Positions 9,414-19,535 of a DNA stretch of 64,000 nt are shown here, piece after piece. Source of the stretch: Dehalococcoidia bacterium (GTDB lineage Bacteria; Chloroflexota; Dehalococcoidia; UBA2979); contig JBFWSN010000004.1 of NCBI GenBank assembly GCA_050248355.1, forward strand, positions 13,530 to 77,529. The letters are read 5' to 3'. Numbering within the stretch: the stretch's first letter is position 1; each line of letters opens with the position of its first letter. The notes below the pieces were generated by a model. It did no database searches and was not told the DNA's origin. It saw nothing but the letters and a program-made list of their open reading frames with translations. Both the position numbers and the translations under genes were made by a program.

Positions 9414-10876
9414 CCGCCGACTTCACGGGCCTCCTCGATCGGATGTCGTCGCTGAGCGTCCTGGTGGTGGGTGACGCGATCCTCGACTCGTATCTCCATG
9501 GACGCAGCACACGGCTGTCCCGCGAGGCGCCGGCGCCCGTCGTCGACCTCGACGCACGCGTGGACGCCCCCGGCGGCGCCGCCAATGCTGCCGCCAGCGT
9601 GCGCGCCCTCGGCGCCCGCACCATATTGCTGTCCGCCTTTGGCTCCGACGACGGCGGCGATCGCCTCACCGCCGCCCTCGAGGGATGCGGCGTCGACGCC
9701 AACAACTCCCTGCGCATCTCGTCCCGCGCGACCCTCACCAAGCAGCGCGTCGTCGTGCCGCCGCAGGTGCTGGTGCGTCTCGATGCCGGCACGACCGCGC
9801 CCCTGGACGACCTCGCCGAGGCTGAGCTCGTCCGGCGCCTGGAGCGGCTCGTGCCGGCCGTCGATGCCATCGTCGTGTCCGACTATGGGTACGGCGTGCT
9901 CTCGGACCGCGTGATCGCCGCCCTTGCGGCGCTCCAGCGCGCCGCGCCCCGCACCCTCGTCGTCGATGCGAAGGAGCTGCCCCGCTACCGCGACGCGGGA
10001 GTCACGGCAGCGAAACCGAATTACGAGGAGGCGCGCGCGCTCCTTGGGGGCGGGCTCGATGCCGCCCTTCCGCGCATCGAGGCGGTCGTCGAGCGCCGCC
10101 TCGACCTGCTCGAACGTACGGGCGCCGAGCGCCTGGCGGTGACCGCCGATATCGACGGCGCCCTCCTCGTCGAGCGCGATGGCAGCTGGCACCGCACCTA
10201 CGCGCGCCCCGCGCCGAACAGCCGCGCCGCCGGCGCGGGCGATACCTTCGCCGCCGCGCTGACGCTCGGCCTCGCCGCGGGCGCGTCGCCGCCGGTGGCC
10301 ATGGAACTCGCCTCCGCCGCCGCTCAGGTCGTCGTCACGCGTGATGGCACGACGACGTGCTCCCTCGGTGAACTGCGCAGCGCCCTCCACGGCGGCCCCA
10401 AAGTCGTCGAGGGCGAGGACCTCGCTTCCGCCATCGCCGCTCATCGCGCCGCCGGCCGCCGCATCGTGTTCACCAACGGTTGCTTCGACATCGTCCATCG
10501 AGGCCACGTCACCTATCTCAGCCAGGCGAAGGCGGAGGGCGATGTTCTGGTCGTCGGTCTGAACTCAGACGCCAGCACCCGCCGGCTCAAGGGGCCGGGC
10601 CGCCCCGTGAACACGTTCGATGACCGCGCCCAGGTGGTCGCGGCTCTGAGCTGCGTCGACCACGTCGTGGGCTTTGAGGACGACACCCCCGAGCAGCTGC
10701 TCCGCCTGATCGCCCCCGACGTCGTGGTCAAGGGCGGCGACTATACTCGCGAGACGCTGCCGGAGGCCGCGCTCATCGAGTCGCTCGGCGGCGAGGTGCG
10801 CTTCATGCCGTACCTCGACGGTACATCGACCACGCGGCTCATCGAGCAGATCCGCGCCCACGCCGAGGCGTCGTGA
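9410..10876 (+). CDS. hldE: Bifunctional D-beta-D-heptose 7-phosphate kinase / D-beta-D-heptose 1-phosphate adenylyltransferase (HldE/RfaE)
   Basis: The N-terminal half is a pfkB-family sugar kinase. The C-terminal half is cytidylyltransferase-like (FTNGCFDIVHRGHVTYL). The ATG at 9410 overlaps the gmhB stop. Confidence 0.9.
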   Translation: MTADFTGLLDRMSSLSVLVVGDAILDSYLHGRSTRLSREAPAPVVDLDARVDAPGGAANAAASVRALGARTILLSAFGSDDGGDRLTAALEGCGVDANNSLRISSRATLTKQRVVVPPQVLVRLDAGTTAPLDDLAEAELVRRLERLVPAVDAIVVSDYGYGVLSDRVIAALAALQRAAPRTLVVDAKELPRYRDAGVTAAKPNYEEARALLGGGLDAALPRIEAVVERRLDLLERTGAERLAVTADIDGALLVERDGSWHRTYARPAPNSRAAGAGDTFAAALTLGLAAGASPPVAMELASAAAQVVVTRDGTTTCSLGELRSALHGGPKVVEGEDLASAIAAHRAAGRRIVFTNGCFDIVHRGHVTYLSQAKAEGDVLVVGLNSDASTRRLKGPGRPVNTFDDRAQVVAALSCVDHVVGFEDDTPEQLLRLIAPDVVVKGGDYTRETLPEAALIESLGGEVRFMPYLDGTSTTRLIEQIRAHAEAS

Positions 10877-11964
10877 CCCCCGCGGACTGGTCAGCGGCGC
10901 GACGGATCCTCGCCGTCCGCCTGGATGCGGCTGGCGATGTGCTGATGACCTCACCGGCGTTGCGCGCGCTCCACGACGGCGGGCCGCCAGGGACCGAGGT
11001 GACCCTGCTGACCTCGCGGGGCGGCGCGCACGCCGGCCGCCTCATCCCCGAGGTCGCCCGCGTCGTCACGTACGACGCCCCGTGGATGAAGCCGCCCGCT
11101 CCCCTCGACGCGGCGCCGCACCTCGATCTGGTCGAGCGCCTGCGCGCCGCCCGCTACGACGGCGCGGTGATCTTCACCGTGTACAGCCAGAGCACCCTCC
11201 CGGCGGCGCTGCTCTGTTTCCTCGCCGCCATTCCTCTCCGCCTCGCATACGTCCGCGAGAACCCGTACCACCTCCTTACCGACTGGGTGCCCGAGATCGA
11301 ACCCCACGAGGTCGTCCGCCACGAGGTCCGACGCCAGCTCGACCTCGTCGCCACGATCGGCCGCCGACCGCTCGACGAGCATCTCCGTCTGTCCGTCCCG
11401 GCGGAGGCGAGGCGGTGGGCAGACGCGTTCCTCGCGACGCACGGCCTCGGCACTGCGCCATGGTGTGTCCTCCACGTCGGCGCGAGCGCCCCTTCGCGGC
11501 GCTATCCACCCGAGCGCTTCGCCGCGGTGGCCCGTGCCCTGCATGGGCGCGGCTGGCGGCTCGTGTTCACGGGCGGCGAGGAGGAGCGCCCGCTCGTCGA
11601 TGCGGTGCGGGACTTCGCCGCGGTCGACTCGCTGTCGCTGTGCGGCATCCTCGACTTCCCGCGGCTGGCGGCCCTCATCGAGGCCGCCCCGTTATTGATC
11701 TCGAACAACACGGCCCCCGCGCACATCGCCGCGGCCGTCCAGACGCCCGTCGTCGACCTGTACGCGCTGACGAATCCGCAGCACACCCCGTGGCGGGTCC
11801 CCGCTCGCGTGTTGTCGCACGACGTCCCCTGTCGCAATTGCTACCGGAGCGTCTGCCCCCTCGGACACCACCTCTGCCTGGCCGGCGTGCCGCCCGAAGC
11901 GGTCGTCGACGCGGCGCTCGAGCTCGCGTCGGCTGCGGGTTCGGACGGCGCTCCCGCGTCCTAG
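10873..11964 (+). CDS. GT9-family heptosyltransferase (intact paralog)
   Basis: RILAVRLDAAGDVLMTSPALRAL…HVGASAPSRRYP…NNTAPAHIAAAV motifs are present. The GTG start overlaps the hldE stop (GTGA). Confidence 0.85.
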   Translation: MTPADWSAARRILAVRLDAAGDVLMTSPALRALHDGGPPGTEVTLLTSRGGAHAGRLIPEVARVVTYDAPWMKPPAPLDAAPHLDLVERLRAARYDGAVIFTVYSQSTLPAALLCFLAAIPLRLAYVRENPYHLLTDWVPEIEPHEVVRHEVRRQLDLVATIGRRPLDEHLRLSVPAEARRWADAFLATHGLGTAPWCVLHVGASAPSRRYPPERFAAVARALHGRGWRLVFTGGEEERPLVDAVRDFAAVDSLSLCGILDFPRLAALIEAAPLLISNNTAPAHIAAAVQTPVVDLYALTNPQHTPWRVPARVLSHDVPCRNCYRSVCPLGHHLCLAGVPPEAVVDAALELASAAGSDGAPAS

Positions 11965-11980
11965 GCGGCGCTCGCCTCGC

Positions 11981-12715
11981 TTACGGCCAGGACGTCTCGC
12001 CCATCGGCAGCACCGTCAGCTCAGGGATCACCGTGCCCGCAGGCTGCGCGAGCGCAAACGCAATCGTCCTCGCCACGCACTCGGGGTCCTGCAGCACGGC
12101 GGGGTCGAGGTCCGGGAACCGATCGAAGAGGAAGGGCGTGCGCATGCCGCCCGCGACGATCGCGGTTACCTTAACCCCGTACGCTCGCGCCTCGACGTGC
12201 AGCGCGTGGCTCAGCCCCAGCAGCCCCCACTTGCTCGCGTGGTAAGCCGCCGCGTTCGACCAGGCACGCTTCGCAGCCGTCGAGGCGACGTTGACGATGT
12301 GCCCCGAGCCTTGCTCGCGCATGACGGGCAGCACCGCTCGGCTCATCCAGAACGGTCCGTCGAGGTTCACGCCGAGGACCTGTCGCCACTCAGCCGCCGT
12401 CAGCGTCTCGGCCGCCTTCGTCACGTCGACCCCCGCGGCGTTCACGAGCGCGTCCAGACGTCCCTGCAACGCGACGGCGTCGCGCACCGCCTGCTCCGCA
12501 GCCGCCGCCGAGGACACGTCCACCTGGCTCGCCCACGCCTCCCCGCCCGCGCCCCGCACCTCCTGCGCCACCGTCTCCGCTGCGGCCTGCCGCACGTCCG
12601 CCACGATGACGCGCCAACCCTCGCTCGCCAGGAGGCGGCAGGTGGCCGCCCCGAGGCCGCTCGCGCCGCCGGTCACGAGCGCGACCCGGCGCTTCTCGCT
12701 GCTGTCAGCCTGCAT
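11981..12715 (-). CDS. SDR-family oxidoreductase
   Basis: Rossmann motif VALVTGGASGLG and the catalytic YxxxK (AAYHASKWG) are present. The start is placed at the internal ATG (MQADSSEK); an upstream alternative lies at 12796. Confidence 0.8.
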   Translation of the reverse strand: MQADSSEKRRVALVTGGASGLGAATCRLLASEGWRVIVADVRQAAAETVAQEVRGAGGEAWASQVDVSSAAAAEQAVRDAVALQGRLDALVNAAGVDVTKAAETLTAAEWRQVLGVNLDGPFWMSRAVLPVMREQGSGHIVNVASTAAKRAWSNAAAYHASKWGLLGLSHALHVEARAYGVKVTAIVAGGMRTPFLFDRFPDLDPAVLQDPECVARTIAFALAQPAGTVIPELTVLPMGETSWP

Positions 12716-12992
12716 AGCATCGCCTTCCTGAACTTGGCGGCCATCGTGGCGCGCGTATGCCAGCATCGGGGCCGATACATGGAGTCCGCGCATCACCTCG
12801 CGGCCGGGCGCTGCCGATTGGCTTCCATCTCGCCGGCTCCGCTCGACGCGGCTGAGCGTCGGCCGCCCCGAGGCGCCGGTGGCCGCGCCGTCAACCCGAA
12901 CGCCGCCCGATCACGCCTCACGAGAACAGCGTGCTCGAAACCTAACATTCGCAGCACCGCGGGAGATAGAGACATAACTGCGGGGCGGCGGG

Positions 12993-13496
12993 CTAGCTCG
13001 TCGCTGGCCGAGTGAACCCGGGGCTCACGTCCCGCAGGCTCACGAGCGCGCCGAGCGATCCGCCCCAGACGACGTGCGCGCCAATCATCAGCGCGTTCCG
13101 CCGCCACGGATGCAGGTTCGCCGGTGCAAGCAGCTCGAGGGCGGGCAGCAGTCCGAGGTAGCTCACATCCCACACCACAAGGCCGAACAGGGCGCCGTCC
13201 GCGGCCGCGATCGGCGTCCTCTTCGGCAGCGCCGCTGGCGGGCGTATCCCGTAGAGGGCGCCCGTCGCCGCCCCGTACGCGAAGTGGGCCAGGAGCGTCA
13301 CCGCCAGCGTGCGCCCCTCAGAACGGGGCAGTTCCACCCCGCTGCGCTCGCTCGCCCGCTCAGTCACCTGGCGGGGCGGCAGGGGGTACCGGTCCGCCGA
13401 CGGCAACGCCCGGTGCGCAAGCGCCATGAACAGCGTCATGGGCACGGTGGCCGCCGCCCCCGCCGCCGCTCCCCGCACCATGCCTCGTATGTTCAT
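12993..13496 (-). CDS. Hypothetical membrane protein
   Basis: 167-aa ORF with several hydrophobic segments. No recognisable motif. Confidence 0.4.
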   Translation of the reverse strand: MNIRGMVRGAAAGAAATVPMTLFMALAHRALPSADRYPLPPRQVTERASERSGVELPRSEGRTLAVTLLAHFAYGAATGALYGIRPPAALPKRTPIAAADGALFGLVVWDVSYLGLLPALELLAPANLHPWRRNALMIGAHVVWGGSLGALVSLRDVSPGFTRPATS

Positions 13497-14710
13497 CGAG
13501 CTGCCTGCGGTCGGAGGACGACCTTCAGGACGTCCCCCTCCTTCTTCTGGAACGCTTCGTATGCCCGAGGCGCTTGCTCGAGCGGCAGGTGGTGCGTCGC
13601 GAACGTGTCGAGGCCGAGCGGGTCATCGTCAGCGTTCACGTACGGCATGAGATCGTCGATCCAGCGCCGCACGTGCGCCTGTCCCATCCGGACCTGCACA
13701 CCCTTGTCGAAGAGCTGCAGCATCGCCAGCGGGTCGAGCATCCCGCCATACACCCCGATGATCGAGACCGTACCGCCCCGCCGCACCGCATCGAAGCACT
13801 GGCTGAGCACGGACAGGCGGTCGACCCCCAGCCGTCGCATCGCCGGCGCCGCCACGAAGCTCGGCAGCGAGCCCAGGAGGCGCTGCGCGGTCTCGACGAC
13901 CGGCGCGCCATGCGCTTCCATCCCTACCGCATCGATCACCGAGTCCGCACCTCGGCCGGCCGTCGCCTCGCGGATCGCCTCGACCGGGTCCGTCGAGGTG
14001 GCGTCGACCACCTCCATGCCGGCTACCCGCGCCGCTTCGAGGCGCGCGCGTACGCGGTCGACGCCGATCACCCGCGCCCCTCGCTGCAGCGCGATGCGCC
14101 CGCTCATCTGCCCGATCGGCCCGAGCCCGAAGACAGCGAGCATCCCGTCCGCCGGTATGTCGGCGTACTCCACGGCCTGCCACGCCGTCGGCAGCACGTC
14201 CGAGAGGTACAGGTAGCGGTCGTCTGGCAGGCCGTCCGGCACCGGAATCGGTCCGAACTGGGCCTGGGGCACGCGAAGATACTCCGCTTGCCCGCCCGGC
14301 ACTGATCCGTACAGTCGCGTATAACCGAAGAGCGCCGCGCCCGATTGCTGCTCGCGCACCTAGGTCGTCTCGCACTGCGCGTACAGCTCGCGCTCGCACA
14401 TGAAACAGTGCCCGCACGAGATGTTGAACGGCACCACCACCCGGTCGCCTGGGCGGATGTGCGTCACCTCGCTGCCCACCTCTTCGACGATCCCCATCGG
14501 CTCGTGACCGAGGATGTCCCCTGCGTCGAGGAACGGCCCGAGCAGTTCGTACAGGTGCAGGTCCGAACCGCAGATCGCCGTCGACGTGACCCGCACGATC
14601 GCGTCCGTCGCCGCTTCGATTTGCGGGTCAGGTACTTCCTCCACACGCACATCTCGGCGCCCATGCCACACGACAGCCTTCACCGGACACCTCCGCGGTC
14701 GCCCGGCCAC
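13493..14710 (-). pseudogene. Zn-dependent alcohol/formaldehyde dehydrogenase (glutathione-independent FDH-like), interrupted by an in-frame TAG
   Basis: The N-terminal 116 aa (…[12 protein letters not shown]…[18 protein letters not shown]) end at a TAG at 14360-14362 on the minus strand. The same frame then continues (VREQQSGAALFGYTRLYGSVPGGQAEY…) to 13493. Both halves align collinearly to one FDH-type MDR. Confidence 0.75.
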
Positions 14711-14982
14711 GGTGCCACCCGCCCGGTTGCCGCCACCTCAATCCGCCGCGTCGCCCGTTACGGTTCGCGCACGGTCTGCGGCTGCTCCTCCGTGCCCGCG
14801 CGCAGCGGGGACTGCCCCACTCCCGCGCGGCTCACCGCCCGAGGGCCGTCAGGAACGACCGGGTGACCGCGGTCTCGCTCTGCCAGCCGCGCGCCCGCCG
14901 CCTGTTGGCGGTCGCCCCTGTCCCGCGCTACCGTCCCTCCGATCGCCACCCAGGGCCGTCTACCGCGCGAAGGAGTCGAGGC

Positions 14983-16197
14983 ATGGTCGCTCCGCTCGAG
15001 GGCATCCGCGTGATCGAGGTCGCCAACTGGCTCGCCGCCCCCAGTGCCGCCGCGCTCATGGCCGACCTCGGCGCGGACGTGGTCAAGGTCGAGCCCCCCG
15101 GCGGCGATGCCTATCGCGCGTTCAACCTCGGCGCGGACGCGATCGGTACGGGCGGCCCCGCCGTCAACCACGCGTTCGAACTCGACAACCGCGGCAAGCG
15201 CTCCATCACGGTCGCGCTGGGACAGCCCGGCGCGTCCGACCTCGTCCGCCGTCTCGCCGCGACCGCGGACGTCTTCATCACGAACCTGCTCCAGCCTCGG
15301 CGTGAACGCTACGGCCTGACCATCGAGGAGGTGCGCGCCGCCAGCCCGCGCATCGTCTACGTCTCGTTCAGCGGCTACGGCACCGAGGGCCCCGACGCCG
15401 CCCGCGCCGGCTTCGACTACGCTGCCTTCTGGGCCCGCTCGGGCGTCATGAACCTCCTCGGCGAGCCGGACGAGCCGCCGGTCCTCTGCCGGCCCGGACA
15501 GGGCGATCACACCGCCGCCCTCAACCTCCTCGCCTCGACCCTCGCCGCCCTGCGACTCCGCGACCTCACCGGCGAAGGACAGGTCGTCGATGTCACCCTC
15601 GTGGGCACCGGCCTCTGGACCGTGGGCACTGACTTCTCCGGCGCCCTCGCCTCGAGGCGTCAGCCGCCCCGGCACAGCCGCGCCCACCCCCGCAACCCGC
15701 TCTGGAACGCCTACCGCTGCGCGGACGGCCGCTGGCTCCTCCTCGTCATGGTGCAGCCGGACGCCTACTGGCCCGGCTTCTGTGCTGCCCTCGGCCACCC
15801 CGAATGGGAGCGTGACCCCCGCTTCGACACCCTCCAGCATCGCGCCGAGCACACCCAGGACCTCACCGCCCGCATTGCCGCCGCCTTCGCCTCTCGCCCC
15901 TCCGTCGAGTGGCCCGCGGTCCTGGACGCGCACGGTCTGATCTGGGCGCCGGTCGCCGAACTCCCGGAGGTCGCAGCCGACGAGACGGTGCGCGGCCTCG
16001 GGAGCTTCGAGGCGGTGGCGTCGGTTGAGGGCGAAGGCTACGAGACCCTTGCTGCCCCCTTCACCATCCGCGGCGCTGACGTCGCCGTCCGAGGGCCGGC
16101 GCCCGCCCCCGGCGCCGATACCCAGCGTGTCCTCGAGGAGTCGGGGCTCACCTCCGAGGAGATCGCGGGCCTCGCGGCCGGCGGGGTCTTCGGCTGA
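14983..16197 (+). CDS. CoA-transferase family III (CaiB/BaiF) protein
   Basis: N-terminal motif GIRVIEVANWLAAPSAAALMADLGADVVKVEPPGGD. Confidence 0.85.
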   Translation: MVAPLEGIRVIEVANWLAAPSAAALMADLGADVVKVEPPGGDAYRAFNLGADAIGTGGPAVNHAFELDNRGKRSITVALGQPGASDLVRRLAATADVFITNLLQPRRERYGLTIEEVRAASPRIVYVSFSGYGTEGPDAARAGFDYAAFWARSGVMNLLGEPDEPPVLCRPGQGDHTAALNLLASTLAALRLRDLTGEGQVVDVTLVGTGLWTVGTDFSGALASRRQPPRHSRAHPRNPLWNAYRCADGRWLLLVMVQPDAYWPGFCAALGHPEWERDPRFDTLQHRAEHTQDLTARIAAAFASRPSVEWPAVLDAHGLIWAPVAELPEVAADETVRGLGSFEAVASVEGEGYETLAAPFTIRGADVAVRGPAPAPGADTQRVLEESGLTSEEIAGLAAGGVFG

Positions 16198-16209
16198 GGG
16201 TCGTCCGCT

Positions 16210-17111
16210 TCAGTCGACGTCGAGGACGATCTTCCCCTGCACTTGCCGCGCGAACAGCGCGTCGCTCGCCTCGGTGATGCGCATCCACGATCCGCGCCAG
16301 CCGACCTCGATGCGCAGCTCGCCACGCTGCAGCAACCGGAGCAGGTAGTCGAGGTCCGCGCCCGAGCTGCCGCCCTTGGTGAACGCCTCGAGCCGCCGGT
16401 ACATCCCGATCAGCGACGGGAACGACGCGTTCTCCCGCGAAGCGTTGCCGATGCACTGCACGACGCCGCCTTCGCCGAGTAGAGGCCAGATCGCCGCCAG
16501 CTGCGACCCGCCCACGTTGTCGATCACGACGTGGACCGGCCGCTCCACTCCTTCGAGGCCCACTACGACCTCGTCGGCGCCGAGTTCGCGCAGCCCCTCG
16601 CCGCGCGCCTCGGACCCCACGCTCGCGATGACGTGCGCCCCCGCCAGCGCCGCCAACTGCACCGCGAAGTGACCGACACCACCCGACGCCCGGTCACGAG
16701 CACGCGCCGCCCGAGCAGCGCGCCCGAGCGCCGCAACGCCCGCAGCGCGGTCACCCCCGCCACGGGCAGCGTCGCCGCCTCCCCCAGGTCGATGTCGTCC
16801 GGCACCACGGCCAGCTCATCGAAGTCCACGGCGCGCCGCTCCGCCCAGCCGCCCTGCGACAGCATCGTCGTTACGACTCGCGCGCCCGCGGGCGGCGACC
16901 CCTCCACCTCGGCTGCCCGCAGCACGATGCCGGACGCGTCCCAGCCCGGGATGAACCTGTCGGGCCGCGTCCGAGCCCCGTTCAGGTCACCGAAGTTCAG
17001 GCTGAGGTGTCGCACTTCGACCAGCGCCTGGTTCGGCGCGGGGGCAGGTTCCGCCGCCTCGCCGATCCGAAGGCCTCCCGCCGCGTTCGAGTCCACCAGT
17101 ACCGCACGCAC
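16210..17111 (-). pseudogene. Quinone-oxidoreductase-like MDR (zinc-independent) with a 1-nt frameshift near 16680
   Basis: The upstream ORF (16563..17111) ends out of frame at …RVLVTG|RRVVSVTS. The downstream ORF (16210..16662) starts at QLAALAGAHV. Adding one G in the run at ~16684 restores VLVTGASGGVGHFAVQLAALAG. Confidence 0.7.
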
Positions 17112-17247
17112 GGCCCCGCTCCTTCCCGCGCCGTCCCCCGGCGATGCCCGATCCTACGGACGCGCCAACGAGTCGCTCAATCCCCCGTTTGACCAGGCCG
17201 CGTCGCTTCGACTCGCACCATCGTGTGCCATTCGTTCTAATGACCGC

Positions 17248-18324
17248 GTGGACGACCACCTCCCGCTGAACCTGTACGAGTACGAGGACCGCGCCCGCCG
17301 ACGCCTCTCGCCGATGGCCTGGGACTACTACTCCTCGGGCGCCCTCGACGAGATCACGCTCCGCGCCAACCGCGAGGCCTTCGACCGTCTCGAGCTCCGC
17401 TACCGTGTCCTCCGGGGAGCGGCGGGACTCGACGCGTCGACGACGCTCCTCGGCCGCAACCACGAGTGGCCGCTGCTCATCGCACCGATGGCATTCGCCC
17501 GCCTCGCGGACCCGGAGGGCGAACTCGCCGTCGCGCGCGCGGCCGAGGCGAACGGCGTGGCGATGACGCTCTCCACCCTCTCCACCACCGCCCTCGAGGA
17601 GGTCGCCGCCGCCTCGGCTCATCCGAAGTGGTTCCAGCTCTACGTCTTCCGCGACCGCGATCTCACCGCCGAGCTCGTCCGCCGCGCCGAGGCCGCCGGC
17701 TACGAGGCGCTCGTCCTCACGGTCGACGCCCCCCAGCTCGGCCGGCGCGAGCGTGACGCCCGCAACCGCTTCGCCCTCCCGCCCGGCCTCGATGCCGCGA
17801 ATATCGCCGCGCACCTCCCGCCGGTAGACGCCGGCGACGAGGGCTCGGGGCTCGCTCACTTCTTCGCCACGCAGATCGACCCCACGCTCACGTGGTCCGA
17901 TGTCGACTGGCTCCGCTCACTCACCCGGCTCCCGGTGCTTCTGAAGGGTGTCGTCCACCCCGAGGACGCCCGGCTGGCCGTCGCGCATGGCGCCGCCGGC
18001 GTGATCGTCTCGAACCACGGCGGACGCCAGCTTGACACCGCTGTCGCCGCCGTGCGCGCGTTGCCCGATGTCGCCGCCGCCATCGAGGGCCGCGCCGCCG
18101 TTCTGCTCGATGGTGGCGTCCGCCGCGGTACCGACATCGTGAAGGCGCTCGCCCTCGGTGCGGACGCCGTCCTCCTCGGACGCCCCGTCCTCTGGGGCCT
18201 CGCCGTCGAGGGCGAAGCGGGGGTGGATCACGTCCTTCGCCTCCTCCGCGCCGAGTTCGAGCACGCGATGCTCCTGTGCGGCGCAAGCTCGCGCGCCGGC
18301 CTGGATGTCGACCTGCTCCTTTAG
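17248..18324 (+). CDS. FMN-dependent alpha-hydroxy-acid oxidase / L-lactate dehydrogenase (LldD family)
   Basis: Begins …LNLYEYEDRARRRLSPMAWDYY and carries VSNHGGRQLD and the LldD C-terminal region. The likely start is the GTG at 17248. The long upstream extension of the ORF is a shadow of the minus-strand gene. Confidence 0.85.
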   Translation: MDDHLPLNLYEYEDRARRRLSPMAWDYYSSGALDEITLRANREAFDRLELRYRVLRGAAGLDASTTLLGRNHEWPLLIAPMAFARLADPEGELAVARAAEANGVAMTLSTLSTTALEEVAAASAHPKWFQLYVFRDRDLTAELVRRAEAAGYEALVLTVDAPQLGRRERDARNRFALPPGLDAANIAAHLPPVDAGDEGSGLAHFFATQIDPTLTWSDVDWLRSLTRLPVLLKGVVHPEDARLAVAHGAAGVIVSNHGGRQLDTAVAAVRALPDVAAAIEGRAAVLLDGGVRRGTDIVKALALGADAVLLGRPVLWGLAVEGEAGVDHVLRLLRAEFEHAMLLCGASSRAGLDVDLLL

Positions 18325-18390
18325 CCGACGGACTTCCCGCGTCTCACCGGATCTGGCACACTCGCCCGCAATTGCCCTCGAGGAGTGCCT

Positions 18391-19488
18391 GTGCAGTGGG
18401 TCGTACTGATCGCGGTGGTGCTGCTCGCGGCTCTCACGGTGGTGGCGCTCCTCAACATTTACAACCTCATCCTCCAGAACGGTCGCCTGCTCATCCGACT
18501 CGACAACATGGAGGAGGCCCTGTTCCCGCCCCCGGGCCCCGAAGCCCTCGTCGAGGAGTATCTGGCCACGATGCCCCCGGGGCGCGAAGCGCCGCCCTTC
18601 GCGTTGCCCGACCTCAACGGTGTGGTCCGTCGCATCGACGAATGGCGCGGGCAGCGGGTCCTGCTGGTGTTCGTCGACCCTGAGTGCGCCTTCTCCCGGC
18701 GCCTTGTGCCCTGGCTGGTCGGCGCGACGCGCGATGTCGTGCCCGGCCGTCCCCTCCCCGTCATCGTGTCGACCGGAAGCGTCGAGGCCAACCGCGCCCT
18801 GTTCGATGAAGCCGGCTTTACCGGGGCGGTGCTTCTGCAACGCGACACCGAAATCGCCGCCGCCTACCGCGTCGATGGCACGCCGATGAGCTACCTGATC
18901 GAGGCGGATGGGGTCGTTGCCGCAGACGCCGCCATCGGAGTGCAGTCGATCCTGCTTCAGGCCGGCGAGATCGCCGTGGTCGAGGACGCGCTGCCGGGCG
19001 AGCCGGTCGGGCTCCGCGATGACGGATTCGGCGCCCGCCTCGATGCGCCCGCCGCGAGGCAGGACGGCCTCCGGCGCGGTGAGACCGCCCCGCTGTTTCG
19101 TCTCCCGGGTGTCAATGTGCAGGAGGTGTCGCTCCTCGACTTTCGGGGACGCCCCACGGTCGTCGTCTTCACGGACCCGGAGTGTGACGCCTGCGAGCAG
19201 GTTGGCCCCACCCTCGAGGCAGCCCATCGATCACACCCCGAACTGGGCATCGTTCTCGTGAGTCGGGGCGACCCGGTCCTCACGAGAGACCAGGTCGCTG
19301 CTCAGGGCCTGACGTTCCCTGTTGCGGTCCAGCGACACTGGGAAGTCTCGCGCCGCTATGGTATGTTCGCCGCGCCTGTCGCGTTCTTGCTCGACGAATG
19401 GGGCGTCGTGAGCTTGGACATGGCGGTGGGCGCGGCCGGTATCGCCCAGCTCTTGGAGGCGGGAGCTGACCCGGCCGTGAACAACTGA
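18391..19488 (+). CDS. Membrane-anchored protein with two tandem thioredoxin-fold (TlpA/redoxin-like) domains
   Basis: An N-terminal transmembrane helix is followed by two redoxin-like domains. The first has DPECAFS (single Cys); the second has a CxxC motif (DPECDACEQ). GAGGAG lies 7 nt upstream of the GTG at 18391. Confidence 0.7.
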   Translation: MQWVVLIAVVLLAALTVVALLNIYNLILQNGRLLIRLDNMEEALFPPPGPEALVEEYLATMPPGREAPPFALPDLNGVVRRIDEWRGQRVLLVFVDPECAFSRRLVPWLVGATRDVVPGRPLPVIVSTGSVEANRALFDEAGFTGAVLLQRDTEIAAAYRVDGTPMSYLIEADGVVAADAAIGVQSILLQAGEIAVVEDALPGEPVGLRDDGFGARLDAPAARQDGLRRGETAPLFRLPGVNVQEVSLLDFRGRPTVVVFTDPECDACEQVGPTLEAAHRSHPELGIVLVSRGDPVLTRDQVAAQGLTFPVAVQRHWEVSRRYGMFAAPVAFLLDEWGVVSLDMAVGAAGIAQLLEAGADPAVNN

Positions 19489-19535
19489 GAGCAGCGGGGC
19501 ACAGTGCCTCGCTCTCACGCGGAAGGGAGTGACCA

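Noticed and set aside
16531-17247. N-terminal 239 codons of the 597-aa plus-strand ORF upstream of LldD
   Set aside because: They are antisense to the (frameshifted) MDR gene and translate to Ser/Ala/Arg-rich low-complexity sequence. The LldD homology begins only at the GTG at 17248.
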